Source of the DNA: a virus
Taxonomy: Duplodnaviria > Heunggongvirae > Uroviricota > Caudoviricetes
DNA length: 64,000 bases
Virus record (IMG/VR): IMGVR_UViG_3300031133_000383
Coordinates: 186,635-250,634 of that record
Strand: one strand, 5' to 3'
In this document: in pieces, positions 9,391 to 19,984 of the stretch
Layout of the letters: every line of letters begins with the position of its first letter
Numbering within the stretch: position 1 is the first letter of the stretch
The notes under the pieces: model-generated
The model's database searches: none
What the model saw: the letters and a program-made list of their open reading frames with translations, nothing else
Told to the model about the DNA's origin: nothing
Program-made: the position numbers and the translations under genes

Positions 9391-10446
9391 ATGTTTATTA
9401 TTCTTGGAGAATTTAAATTGATACACGCTTATGACTTAATCTTCTCCCACGTTAAATCATTCTATGACTTGGACAATCATACTCCAATTATCAAAACTGT
9501 GTCTAAACTTTACATTCTTGAAAGAACTGCAAGAGATTATACTTTTATCCAAGAACTTTTGGCACCTGCATGTAGTGAATCGAACATTTCGAAAATAAAA
9601 CAGATGTCTTCATTGTTTGATTTGCTTCACCATGTTGACTATGAATATTCAACAACGAAAAACTCAGAATTAAGAATTGAAGTTTATGAACATGGTATTG
9701 TACAAGTTTCATTTGGTAATATTCTTTATTTTTCAATTTCAAAAACCTCTAAAACCAATCCAGAGAATATGCTCTTTGCATCAAAAAAATCTTTCACAAT
9801 TGATAGCTTTATCAATGATGATATATTTGATAAAATTTACTCTGATAATTTAGATCATTTATCTAAATATGTTAATCCTGACATCACATTTAAATTATTT
9901 AATGAGATAGATAAAAAAACACTTGATGAAGTTAGAGTGGAGAACTTGGAAAATAAAGACATCATTTATTACAGTCTGGATAAAGAAAAATGCCTTTTTG
10001 ATGATTTTGAAGGCGATCATAATGAATTTTTTCATCCATTAAAAAAGATTTTTAGTAATAATCTTTTAAGCCAAGTTAAATCTATTGAAGCATTACTTCG
10101 TTTTGAATCTGACCTAAAATATGGAAAAATTGCTTACGAATTAGAATTCAATTATAGTCTATCTAAATATAAGTTTCGAACGCCCACTAATTTGTATGTA
10201 ATACTTTTTAATTATGATTACGAACTTGATTTAAGAACAACGCTTTATTTTAAATTTAAAAATAATGAAATAAGATATATTGAACTTGATCTTGGGTTTA
10301 ACGAAACAATCGATGTATCAGGATACGAAGCTATTTATGCTTATCTTCATAATCGCATAAAAGAGCTTATCGTTTCTAAATTAGGAATAACAGCGGAAGA
10401 TATTACAAATCAATCAATCTTACTTTATAAAATGTTATCAATTTAA
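9391..10446 (+). CDS. hypothetical protein (start uncertain: TTG at 9358 or ATG at 9391)
   Basis: 362-aa ORF in same operon as 8119-9309. Confidence 0.5.
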   Translation: MFIILGEFKLIHAYDLIFSHVKSFYDLDNHTPIIKTVSKLYILERTARDYTFIQELLAPACSESNISKIKQMSSLFDLLHHVDYEYSTTKNSELRIEVYEHGIVQVSFGNILYFSISKTSKTNPENMLFASKKSFTIDSFINDDIFDKIYSDNLDHLSKYVNPDITFKLFNEIDKKTLDEVRVENLENKDIIYYSLDKEKCLFDDFEGDHNEFFHPLKKIFSNNLLSQVKSIEALLRFESDLKYGKIAYELEFNYSLSKYKFRTPTNLYVILFNYDYELDLRTTLYFKFKNNEIRYIELDLGFNETIDVSGYEAIYAYLHNRIKELIVSKLGITAEDITNQSILLYKMLSI

Positions 10447-10652
10447 AATTATAGTTAACATAAAAAAATCCCTTTATAGGTATTTTTTCATAATTCATTT
10501 ATAAAAAAATTAAAATCTTTTCCTTGATAATCTATGTTATTCTTTCTATATAAATTCATTAAGAAAACTTAATTGGCTTTTTTTTCAATGTTATCTATTA
10601 TTAACAGACAGTATAGTGTATAATTGGTATATCATTCACAGGAAATCTCATT

Positions 10653-11090
10653 ATGTCTTCATCATTTATTGATAACGAAAAAAAACTAAGCAGCATGGCT
10701 GATGAATTGGGTTTAATCAAAGCCTTGTTCTTTACGCTTTCGGCTGTACTTTATTTTGTTTTGGACTATCATCTATTCAGATGCTTTTATTTGATTGCGA
10801 TGGTGTATCTTATAGGATCAAATATTTTTGTATATTTTTTAATGTTTAATTTCAAGTCTATTCCACAAAAGGCACAAGAAGCCATGTCTTCTGCTTGTGT
10901 CACATCTTCCAAATTAACGTTAAGTTTCTTTTCGTATTATATAATCATAGCGATTGGTATTTTTACACCTTTCTTCTTGGGAGGACAAGAGATTTCTAAA
11001 ACCGCTTCAATTGTATTATTTTTCTTGGAGCTTCTAGTTGTTGTAAAAATGTTTTCTATGTCTAAGAAAATAAAAAAAGAAGACTTTTAG
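10653..11090 (+). CDS. small integral membrane protein
   Basis: 145 aa, 3-4 hydrophobic helices, AGGAAA SD. Confidence 0.55.
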   Translation: MSSSFIDNEKKLSSMADELGLIKALFFTLSAVLYFVLDYHLFRCFYLIAMVYLIGSNIFVYFLMFNFKSIPQKAQEAMSSACVTSSKLTLSFFSYYIIIAIGIFTPFFLGGQEISKTASIVLFFLELLVVVKMFSMSKKIKKEDF

Positions 11091-12175
11091 TCTTCTTCTC
11101 TTTCAATTTCTAAACCATCATCCAAAAATTTTCCTCTGATTCTGCGATCTTTAATAAGATCTTCCTTTACCTCACCGATTCTGATTGGATAACGACTGTT
11201 TTTATCTACATTTGCTAGAATATGGTCCCATTCTTTTTTCTCATAATCGTAATGTTGAATAATAGAATCAAACGCACCCTCTGCTATTTTGATCTCTTTG
11301 ATATCTCCATTTTCTTCTTGTTCAACCTCATCTTCTTCGCCAACAACCGTCAATTTTGTTTTTTGATTGTTTTCTTGTTGGTCTATGTCATCATCACTGA
11401 TATCATCTAATTGTGCAATACTCTCCAATATTCTTTCTTTTGATATTGCAGCACACTGTGGTGAACTGTAAAAAAGTCCATGTACAAAAACAGATTCAAG
11501 TAATTCCAACACATCGAAACTGGTATCATTTTTTGTTTCGGCATAAATCATATAATCTTTTACATAAATACCGTCTACCGATTCATCTATAATGGGTTTG
11601 CATGTATCTATCTTAACTTTATGTACAATAAATGATGTTATTCTGTTAATAACAAGCGGTACATTTTTTATCTCATCAATAGAACAGTTTGACATTGAAT
11701 AGTTGCTGGCATCTCCATCTTTGTAACCACAAATATCCAACATGGAATCAATTTCGAAAGTGTTGAGCATTACGGGATCTTTGGGTGTATTCAACCAGTC
11801 AAAAAAATCAATATCATCAGGCTTTTCACCAAAATCTATGTCTCGTTGTACATACACAAGTTTTTTTATCTCAACTCTGTCAAAAACATTATCAACAACC
11901 TCAGCAGGCTTTCTGACAGCATCTACATAGGCTTTGACATTACGATCCACAATATCACCTGCAATTTCTGCCCATGGCTCAAGAGCCATAATAAATGAAC
12001 CCATTGTAGATCCCTTTTCTATCACGGCACTTTTACGAATGTTTTGAAGAAAACAACGTGAGGCTGATAACTCTTGTTGTTGTTGAATCAAAATTAAGGG
12101 AACACTGTTGTTCTCGTCTGAGCTAGATTTGAATCTTAGAATACCATCGTTACAAAAAATTAATTGACCATCCAT
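11087..12175 (-). CDS. hypothetical protein (acidic C-terminus)
   Basis: 362-aa ORF with GAGGTG SD. Confidence 0.6.
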   Translation of the reverse strand: MDGQLIFCNDGILRFKSSSDENNSVPLILIQQQQELSASRCFLQNIRKSAVIEKGSTMGSFIMALEPWAEIAGDIVDRNVKAYVDAVRKPAEVVDNVFDRVEIKKLVYVQRDIDFGEKPDDIDFFDWLNTPKDPVMLNTFEIDSMLDICGYKDGDASNYSMSNCSIDEIKNVPLVINRITSFIVHKVKIDTCKPIIDESVDGIYVKDYMIYAETKNDTSFDVLELLESVFVHGLFYSSPQCAAISKERILESIAQLDDISDDDIDQQENNQKTKLTVVGEEDEVEQEENGDIKEIKIAEGAFDSIIQHYDYEKKEWDHILANVDKNSRYPIRIGEVKEDLIKDRRIRGKFLDDGLEIEREED

Positions 12176-12306
12176 AATAGGTACACCTCATAAAGTTCGT
12201 CCATTGTATAGTATTTTTTTTATGTCGTCAACGTTAATTATTATTGCTGTTTTTTTTATATTATGCTATTATACACTTCAACCTGATGACACTAGAGGAC
12301 TCAATA

Positions 12307-12465
12307 ATGAAAAGTAGCCTGCAAGCAGATATGGAAGAATCGCAACTTTCTGATACCGATATTGACGATTTGGATTATGATGTCAAAGAAGCTCACTCTG
12401 CTTCAAAATGGGTAGAAGTTGAGGTTGTTTGTTCAGAATCGTTTAAATCAGCCAAGAATATTTAA
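12307..12465 (+). CDS. small acidic protein (52 aa)
   Basis: GAGGA SD then ATG at 12307. D/E-rich. Confidence 0.4.
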   Translation: MKSSLQADMEESQLSDTDIDDLDYDVKEAHSASKWVEVEVVCSESFKSAKNI

Positions 12466-12466
12466 C

Positions 12467-13174
12467 ATGATTGATTTAACACTTAATAAGATATTGAGAA
12501 TTGATAGTCTTAATATTCAAACCTACACGAATTCAAATAAATTTGAAGAGTTATTTGAATTTAATGAATTCTCGAATATTAAATGTTATGTTGATTATAC
12601 TCATTTTTTGGATTTATTGAAATCGAATAATTTTACAATATCAACACAAAAAAATGATTTTATTATTGCAGAAACAGCAGCATTCAAAATCAGATTTGTG
12701 TTGGGTGATTATTATTCATCTCATGATGAATCAAAAACTACGATTAAGCATGATGATAATGATACATTTTTTTTCATCAAAGATATCTGGTTCAAGGATA
12801 TCAATCATAAAATTTCACATATCCATTTCGATGAAAGAGTCCAAGTTGATGGTGTTTTTTTCAATAATGATAAAAGTCATAAAGCACTTCAGAGTATTCA
12901 GTATTACAAGGGGGCCAGTAATGCATTAAAACTAATTCAACATGAATACTACGATAATACTGCTCACGGATGCTATCTTTCTCATGTTCAGATGTGTGGT
13001 GTGATTGTCACAAATATTCATTATTCAATCGATGGTCGTCAACATAGCCTTTCACGTTTATTGGAAATTGTTGATAAAGAAGCAACAGTAGATCCCTTTA
13101 TGAAAAATTTTGAAGATCTTTTTGATATTTTTACTTTTGATGAAATTAAAATCCTAAAGATGTATAATTACTAA
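12467..13174 (+). CDS. hypothetical protein, C-terminal-tail family (…IKILKMYNY)
   Basis: ATG 1 nt after upstream stop (coupled). Family tail. Confidence 0.55.
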   Translation: MIDLTLNKILRIDSLNIQTYTNSNKFEELFEFNEFSNIKCYVDYTHFLDLLKSNNFTISTQKNDFIIAETAAFKIRFVLGDYYSSHDESKTTIKHDDNDTFFFIKDIWFKDINHKISHIHFDERVQVDGVFFNNDKSHKALQSIQYYKGASNALKLIQHEYYDNTAHGCYLSHVQMCGVIVTNIHYSIDGRQHSLSRLLEIVDKEATVDPFMKNFEDLFDIFTFDEIKILKMYNY

Positions 13175-13941
13175 CGAAAGAAGTCACCCATCAGATGAAT
13201 CTGCCTGTTGACCAGTTCAGGTTCATTTTTATAGGTAACTTTGTATTCAATCAGTTTGCTAATAATAAAATCATGAGCAATCTCTTTGTTGTCAAAAATA
13301 TACACGTCTTCATTATTATATTGATATATACCATCTTTTATTTCAAAATTTATGAATTTTTGCTGTATATCTAAGTTATTGAAAATATGCGTATGAATAT
13401 CGATTCTGTTTTCATTTACATGAATATTTAATGACTCCACAAAAGATCGATAATATTTTATAACTGGTTTATTTCTTAAATCAAAAAACAATATTGTGTC
13501 GTATTCTTTTAGTTTGCTATCAAATATTTTCACTTCGTCTTCTATATACTGAATTGTGATATGGCCTTTCTGAATATCATGATTTTGTTGTTCTGATTTT
13601 TTTAATATATCTTCATGCCATTTTATTTTTTGATTTTTTCTTTTATTGAACAAGTTCAATTCTGCAACAAAATAGTCTATTTTGCTGTATTTACTTAATT
13701 CTTCTGTATGATAATGATACATCATATTAAAATCATCACGACTCTTTTTTTGACAGTATAAAATTGCTTGATCCAGTGATTTAAAAATATTTTCTGCTTG
13801 TAGTTTGACTTGCCCTAAATTCTCTGTAATAACTACTGCTTGAAAACCTTCATAATTGGCTTCATACTGAACATTATAATAAGTGCCGTATTGATCAATA
13901 GCTTTATCTCTGCTAATTACAATGTAATTTTCATTTGTCAT
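13171..13941 (-). CDS. hypothetical protein
   Basis: 256-aa ORF, GAGGAAA SD. Confidence 0.55.
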   Translation of the reverse strand: MTNENYIVISRDKAIDQYGTYYNVQYEANYEGFQAVVITENLGQVKLQAENIFKSLDQAILYCQKKSRDDFNMMYHYHTEELSKYSKIDYFVAELNLFNKRKNQKIKWHEDILKKSEQQNHDIQKGHITIQYIEDEVKIFDSKLKEYDTILFFDLRNKPVIKYYRSFVESLNIHVNENRIDIHTHIFNNLDIQQKFINFEIKDGIYQYNNEDVYIFDNKEIAHDFIISKLIEYKVTYKNEPELVNRQIHLMGDFFR

Positions 13942-14004
13942 TATTATTTCCTCAAATCCGACTAATTATAACTTTTAAAATTATAAAATCAACCTCCAAA
14001 ACAA

Positions 14005-14433
14005 TTAATGAATCTCATTGTCCACTAAAGCAACTAGACAATATTTTTGGTATTTGACTGCCGCATCATACAGAGTGGCAATATCTAAATAATTGAAAAT
14101 ATCATTATCAAAATATATTGAATCGAACCTAGATTCAATGTCTTCATTATAAAATAATTCATATTGATTTAATTGATTTTCAATAACTGCAATAAAATAC
14201 TCAATCGATTCTATCTTAAAATGACAGAGCATTTTGTGTAAATGATTATAGAATTCATCAAACGCTTCATCTCCAAAAGCCATTTCATTAAAATCATCTT
14301 GACTCATTGTATCATAACTCCATGCACTCCATACCCGAGTGCAAGAATAACATCTTTTGAATGTTGATTGCATTTGAATATCAAATTCATTTTTGGCTAA
14401 TTCTTTTTTGACAATATATTCTCGATCTTTCAT
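14005..14433 (-). CDS. hypothetical protein
   Basis: 142-aa ORF. Confidence 0.5.
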   Translation of the reverse strand: MKDREYIVKKELAKNEFDIQMQSTFKRCYSCTRVWSAWSYDTMSQDDFNEMAFGDEAFDEFYNHLHKMLCHFKIESIEYFIAVIENQLNQYELFYNEDIESRFDSIYFDNDIFNYLDIATLYDAAVKYQKYCLVALVDNEIH

Positions 14434-14551
14434 AATTATAAACCTTAAAAAAAAGCATTATACCAGATTTTATACACAAATAAAAGATTGATTTTCAATG
14501 TCCTTTATGATATATTAATAGCCTTGCATTTAGATAAAAAGGAAATAATCG

Positions 14552-14986
14552 ATGAAAAATACAAACGCTGATTGGGTTTCATTGATAAAGTCGAGACAAC
14601 GCTTTGATTTGACTGGTGGTAATATTGAAACGTATCTTGTTGACACTTTAAACGCTATTAACGCTTCTACGCTCGTAGATGAAAGTGCCGAAATATTCAT
14701 GGAAAACATAGGGCATGTACTACCTTTTAGAATTTTACAAAGTTTCAGTACCACAGAAGTCAATCGCCTTTTCAATAAGCATGATTTTGAAAATGTAATA
14801 AAACTGTTTTTTAGTCAATACCATCAACTGGCATTGGATTATACAAAAACAAAGCGTATAAGTGCAATTCAATATGCTGTTTTTCAAAAGTTTCTGTTAT
14901 TTAAAAGTGTTGAAGAATCAGTAGATATTGATAAGAAACGATTTCTGTTGACGCTTAAAAGAAGTAAGAATCGTAAAGATGATTAA
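14552..14986 (+). CDS. hypothetical protein
   Basis: 144-aa ORF, AAAAGGAAA SD. Confidence 0.55.
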   Translation: MKNTNADWVSLIKSRQRFDLTGGNIETYLVDTLNAINASTLVDESAEIFMENIGHVLPFRILQSFSTTEVNRLFNKHDFENVIKLFFSQYHQLALDYTKTKRISAIQYAVFQKFLLFKSVEESVDIDKKRFLLTLKRSKNRKDD

Positions 14987-15030
14987 TGTACCTTAATTAA
15001 CTAATCATTTGAAATTGTGGAGAAACAGAT

Positions 15031-16266
15031 ATGATTGACGTTAGACAAAATGAATTTGGTAAAAAAGTGGCAAGAAATCTGGCTCCTATTCTGGTTTCAC
15101 TGGTGCAGAATTCTGAACTTTTTTACAGAATCCACCATGATACTGATTTGATTTTCGAATCCAAAATCAATTATAAAAATAGGTATTATATTGTCAAAAT
15201 TGATAATCGTATCACTGTTTCAAGGCAATCTAAATATGACAAAGATGTTTTGGATGACATTTTTGCAACACCCGCTTTGTTCAATAAGGCTTCACCAGTC
15301 ACTCAAAAAGATTATGAGATGGTTGTTGAATATGTATTTTTTATTAATGATACAGAGGCTTTTGCTGAATTCTTTTCTGATATGAACATTGATGATATTA
15401 AACCTTATTACTATTTAATGGACTCAGCAACCCAACTTTATAATGATTTAATGTTGATGGATCTTGAAAGCATCTTTAAATGTAGTCAGCGTTTTTCAAA
15501 AAGTATTAACTTATTTAGTGGAACTCAATATATTCATAAACATATTATAGATAATAAGGAGACGCTTACCTTTGTGGACACTTCAAGGGTAGTCGAAGAA
15601 TTTATTATCTATGAAAAAAATCCAGACAATGGTCATATCAATGTTTATCGTGAATTGGTAGCCAATATTGATCCGAACGTATTTAAAATGAACACTATTG
15701 TCGTAAGTAAGTATAAAAATCTCATTGAACATTGTATCAAGACCCTTGTGCCAAAGTTAATAGTAAAAGATAAAAAGATAATTAAAAACTCTGACTCCAC
15801 TATTATTAAAGTAACAGATGATTTGGCTATTGATTTAAACAATAAATATAAAATAGTAACACAGACAGTGTTTGACAAAAGTCATTTACCAACAATTATG
15901 GATTATCTGTCATATGACAATATTAACTTATTGTATGGTTACGCATTATGGTCTAGTGGGCGAGGAAAATGGGTCAAGGGAAAAAGGGGGTTTTACATCG
16001 TTTTTTCAGACTCTGACGTTCTTAGAGTCAAAAGAATGACTCCCATGCAAATAAACAGCAATAATCTTGGGTATATTGCAAGCACTTCGGAAAACTGTGT
16101 GATGTCCAATATTCCAGAAGGTGTTATTGATCCCGATTGGTGTGAACTGGTTCGAAAATCTTATTGGTTTATGTATCATAATTATGATAAAATCCCTGTT
16201 TGTGATGTTGATGAATTACTTTTGGATAAAGTAGGTCATCAACTTGAAAGGTTATCTATTATCTAA
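15031..16266 (+). CDS. hypothetical protein (411 aa)
   Basis: GGAGAAA SD. Upstream of ligase in same orientation. Confidence 0.6.
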   Translation: MIDVRQNEFGKKVARNLAPILVSLVQNSELFYRIHHDTDLIFESKINYKNRYYIVKIDNRITVSRQSKYDKDVLDDIFATPALFNKASPVTQKDYEMVVEYVFFINDTEAFAEFFSDMNIDDIKPYYYLMDSATQLYNDLMLMDLESIFKCSQRFSKSINLFSGTQYIHKHIIDNKETLTFVDTSRVVEEFIIYEKNPDNGHINVYRELVANIDPNVFKMNTIVVSKYKNLIEHCIKTLVPKLIVKDKKIIKNSDSTIIKVTDDLAIDLNNKYKIVTQTVFDKSHLPTIMDYLSYDNINLLYGYALWSSGRGKWVKGKRGFYIVFSDSDVLRVKRMTPMQINSNNLGYIASTSENCVMSNIPEGVIDPDWCELVRKSYWFMYHNYDKIPVCDVDELLLDKVGHQLERLSII

Positions 16267-16276
16267 GGAAACTATC

Positions 16277-16453
16277 ATGCAAGTTAAAAAAGAAAACAAT
16301 ATAGTAACTTTTATACCTGAAAATCAAGCTGAATTTGAGATCTTGCGAGAGATTAAAGAAAAAGGAATTCGTAGAACTTCTTTAAGTCAAAGTTGGGATA
16401 GTAAGCTACAAGAGCTAAATGTCTTTATTCCCGAAAATGATGGATGGGATTAG
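16277..16453 (+). CDS. small hypothetical protein (58 aa)
   Basis: TAAGGAAA SD then ATG at 16277. Confidence 0.4.
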   Translation: MQVKKENNIVTFIPENQAEFEILREIKEKGIRRTSLSQSWDSKLQELNVFIPENDGWD

Positions 16454-16512
16454 CTTGCTTTTAATGCTATAAATTGGTATAATATGATAAATCAAATGGA
16501 GCCAATAGATAC

Positions 16513-18384
16513 ATGAAACTTACCGAATTTCCATACCCAACTACTGAACCAGAATTTGTCGAATTGCTGACAGATCTCAATGACTGTTATCGAAAACAGC
16601 TTTCAATGTCACCAGTGTTTGGTCTTTTTCCCATTCTTGATGAAGAATATGATGCTTTGGTTGAAGACTTCCGTTCTAAGTTTCCAGAGTCAGCATGGTT
16701 GTCGGAAATTGAAATGGAAGAAGTTGGTGAAAACTATATCATCCATTCAGCACCAATGCTTTCAACTGAGAAAGCTTATTCTGTTGATGATTTGGCTCGT
16801 TGGGCTAAGAAAGTAGAAGACGCCGCAAAAAACCTTCATGTTGAATCAGTGTTCAAAGTAACATGCAAACTTGATGGTTTTGCGGGTGATCACGAATTTG
16901 GCAAATTATCTACTCGGGGTGATGGTGTTAAAGGTAATGATATTACTCATATTTTTGCATCCGGTGTCCTTCATATTGATGGAGTCGATGGACGTGGTGA
17001 AATTGTAGTATCCAAAAGTTATTTTGAAAGCAACTTGAAAGATATCTTTGCCCATCCTCGCAACATGATTGCCAGTGTTGTTTCATCTGATGATATTAAA
17101 GCAGAAACCAAGCAAGTACTTGCTGATGGGGCCGTTCATTTTGTACCTTATTCAACTCTGCCAACCTATGTGGGAACAGCCGATGATATTTTGAAAAATC
17201 TTGAAAAAATCACTACTGATTTGCGAAACAGTGTTGACTATTTGATTGATGGCTTTGTCATTGAATCAACCGTTGCTGAAATCAAAGATTATATGGGCTA
17301 CAATAACCATCACTACAAATGGCAAATCGCTTTCAAAGAACGTGGCGAAAAAGCTCAATCTCCCGTTATTGATATCAAACTTCAAGTCGGACGGACTGGC
17401 ACTGTGACGCCTGTACTGAGCATTCAACCTGTACTCCTTTCTGGTGCATCCATCAGCAGTGTTACGGCTCATCATATGAACAATATTCGCCAAAGTAAAA
17501 TTGGTATTGGTTCTGTTATTGAGATTATTCGCAGTGGTGAAGTGATTCCTAAAATTGAAAGGGTTATTACACAAGCTGAATATGAAATGCCTACTCAATG
17601 CCCTTGCTGTTCAACTGAGTTGCAGTGGGATAGTCATTTCTTGTATTGCCCAAACTCTGCAGGCTGTTCTGAACAAATCAAGCAAACTTTGCTTCATTTC
17701 TTTTCAACTCTCGATAATAATGATGGTTTTGGTGGTAAAACAATCAGTAAATTGGTTGATAGTCAATTCGATACATTGGAAAAAATCTATGCAATGAATG
17801 AGCAAGATTTCTTGATGGCCGGTTTTGGTCCGGGTGAAAGTGTCAATTTGGTAAAAGCCCTAGAAGCAAGTCGTACTACCAAGATTGAAGATTGGAGATT
17901 TCTTGCTGCTTTTGGCATTGCCGATTTGGGTAAAGGAGATTCCAAAAAATTGCTTCAAAACTTTACGTTGGATGCTCTGCATGAAGTAACCGCTGTTAAA
18001 TTGAGCAGTATCAAAGGGTATGGTAAAATCAAAAGTCTGACCATTACAGCAGGTATTGAGAAATACAAGTCTTTGATTGAAACCCTGCGGCCTTTCTTTA
18101 ATCTAGAATTATCTTCAAAAGTTATTATTGATAATGAAAGTCCTTTTTCAGGAAAAAATGTTGTTGTAACAGGAACAATGAAAAAGTTTTCTCGCAAAGA
18201 AATTGAAGCGTTCTTTACTTCAAAGGGAGCTAAAGTACAAAGCAAAGTTAGCAAAACAACCAATTACCTAGTGTATGGCGAAAGTGCTGGTTCGAAGTTT
18301 GATGACGCACAGGCATTAAGGGAAAAAGGAAATCCCATTGAAATTTTGACAGAAGATGAGTTTGTTAATCAGTTTGAAATTTAA
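16513..18384 (+). CDS. ligA: NAD-dependent DNA ligase (compact LigA-type, 623 aa)
   Basis: EEYDALVEDFRSKFPES and HSAPMLSTEKAY (Ia/adenylation N-terminal region). KLDG adenylation motif, TRGDG..GNDIT. Cys4 zinc finger CPCCSTEL...CPNSAGC. C-terminal BRCT (GKNVVVTGTM...YLVYGESAGSK). Confidence 0.85.
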   Translation: MKLTEFPYPTTEPEFVELLTDLNDCYRKQLSMSPVFGLFPILDEEYDALVEDFRSKFPESAWLSEIEMEEVGENYIIHSAPMLSTEKAYSVDDLARWAKKVEDAAKNLHVESVFKVTCKLDGFAGDHEFGKLSTRGDGVKGNDITHIFASGVLHIDGVDGRGEIVVSKSYFESNLKDIFAHPRNMIASVVSSDDIKAETKQVLADGAVHFVPYSTLPTYVGTADDILKNLEKITTDLRNSVDYLIDGFVIESTVAEIKDYMGYNNHHYKWQIAFKERGEKAQSPVIDIKLQVGRTGTVTPVLSIQPVLLSGASISSVTAHHMNNIRQSKIGIGSVIEIIRSGEVIPKIERVITQAEYEMPTQCPCCSTELQWDSHFLYCPNSAGCSEQIKQTLLHFFSTLDNNDGFGGKTISKLVDSQFDTLEKIYAMNEQDFLMAGFGPGESVNLVKALEASRTTKIEDWRFLAAFGIADLGKGDSKKLLQNFTLDALHEVTAVKLSSIKGYGKIKSLTITAGIEKYKSLIETLRPFFNLELSSKVIIDNESPFSGKNVVVTGTMKKFSRKEIEAFFTSKGAKVQSKVSKTTNYLVYGESAGSKFDDAQALREKGNPIEILTEDEFVNQFEI

Positions 18385-18387
18385 ATA

Positions 18388-18410
18388 AAGCCACCTACGG
18401 GTGGTTTTCT
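18388..18410 (+). terminator. rho-independent terminator (ccacctacgggtgg + TTTTCT)
   Basis: Hairpin with T-run immediately after ligA stop. Confidence 0.65.
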
Positions 18411-18468
18411 CATTGCTTTAGAGAATAAATTTTGCTATAATTTCATAATATTTTGGAATTCCATAACT

Positions 18469-19332
18469 ATGGTAGATATAAAAGTAGAACATATTCAAGA
18501 GATCTTGCATAATTTAACTGAGTTATTATCAAGTGTTACCCCAATTACACATTTCAATATTGATACCAAAACACATTTCAATATCAATAACGAGAAAAAT
18601 TATAAAGGATCTTTATACAATGGCCAAGAACGTCTTTTCAATGTTACTATTGCAAATAAGATCGACATTTTTCCTTGCTTGAAAAAAGGCAATCGTTCAT
18701 TGTTTGCTAATAAAATTTCTCAACAGCTATGTACTTTATTTAATTTTGACGCTCCCGATGTTAACCATCTTATCTCTATTATCAAAAATAATATGGAGAT
18801 TTTTCAAAACAAGGGTTATTGGTGTTCAAAAAAAATGAGTCATTCTGATATAAACTATGTTGATGTATGGGAATCTATTAAATACTCTAATCCTCCCTAT
18901 GTCAAATTTAAAAGTCAGACAATATGTAGCAGCTTTTTATCTTCAACATTAAAAGTAAATAGACTACAATCTGTACAAGTTGATATAGCTTTATTAATTA
19001 TGCCAGATAAGCTTTTATCAATAAAACACTTTATAACGGCCAAGATACCTTTTGGTAATAATTGGTATAGCTGGTATTTATTCGAACCTCACCAGCCAGA
19101 TATTTTTTATTACCTCAGAGATATCAATGTGTCATTGAAGTATGAAGATATTTTAAAGGTTTCAACGAAAATATATAGACAAGACTTGGCAGAACACATG
19201 AAACAGGTTACGTACTCACGTATGGTGCCTATTATAAAAAAACTATCGGGAATGAAACAAGAAGATGCTAGAAATTTATCAAATGAAGATAAAGATAGAT
19301 TTTTAACGCTTCAGCATATGCAATCTATTTAA
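18469..19332 (+). CDS. hypothetical protein (…RFLTLQHMQSI, family-like tail)
   Basis: 287-aa ORF with TTGCTATAAT extended -10 upstream. Confidence 0.55.
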   Translation: MVDIKVEHIQEILHNLTELLSSVTPITHFNIDTKTHFNINNEKNYKGSLYNGQERLFNVTIANKIDIFPCLKKGNRSLFANKISQQLCTLFNFDAPDVNHLISIIKNNMEIFQNKGYWCSKKMSHSDINYVDVWESIKYSNPPYVKFKSQTICSSFLSSTLKVNRLQSVQVDIALLIMPDKLLSIKHFITAKIPFGNNWYSWYLFEPHQPDIFYYLRDINVSLKYEDILKVSTKIYRQDLAEHMKQVTYSRMVPIIKKLSGMKQEDARNLSNEDKDRFLTLQHMQSI

Positions 19333-19348
19333 AATTAGGAATATAATC

Positions 19349-19924
19349 ATGAAAGATAGAGAACCACAGTATTATCCTGTCACCACGCCTACACTAGAAT
19401 TGATAAAATCATGTTTTACAGATTGTGAATCTTTTAACAAATTGACTGATGAACAAATTCAACATCGTGATTGTTTACGAATTGACAAGATTGAATGTGA
19501 GCATACTGAAATTATATTTCAAAGTTTTTGGTTTTTTTGGTCAAGTAATCAGTATAACGAATATTTAAATAAGCTTTTGAATTTTCCTCATTTTCCAATT
19601 GAATCTTATGCCGAAAACATTGAACATATTTTAGGCATTGAAAAAGACAGTTTCAGTACATATGATGAATCATTCTATTTTGATAAAGATGGACAATTAA
19701 AGTTGTTAAAAAACTATCATTTTATTGATGCTTATGATGAATATTCCGACGAATCAAGTCTCTTATTTTATGAAGGAATGAATGACGATGATTGCAAAAA
19801 TATGATCAATGAATTCTATTTCGATAATTATATCTGTCATCTCAAACTACCTCCTGAGCTTTATAAACCTCTTAATCAATTAAGTTCCGATGAAATTGAA
19901 GTATTGAAAATGTATATTGCTTAG
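19349..19924 (+). CDS. C-terminal-tail family protein (…LSSDEIEVLKMYIA)
   Basis: AGGA SD. C-terminal 20 aa clearly paralogous to 19985-20551. Confidence 0.6.
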   Translation: MKDREPQYYPVTTPTLELIKSCFTDCESFNKLTDEQIQHRDCLRIDKIECEHTEIIFQSFWFFWSSNQYNEYLNKLLNFPHFPIESYAENIEHILGIEKDSFSTYDESFYFDKDGQLKLLKNYHFIDAYDEYSDESSLLFYEGMNDDDCKNMINEFYFDNYICHLKLPPELYKPLNQLSSDEIEVLKMYIA

Positions 19925-19984
19925 TAGCTATTATATTTTTTTTATGCTATAATCTAGCTTTCTAATTAAAGGATTTTTTCTATT

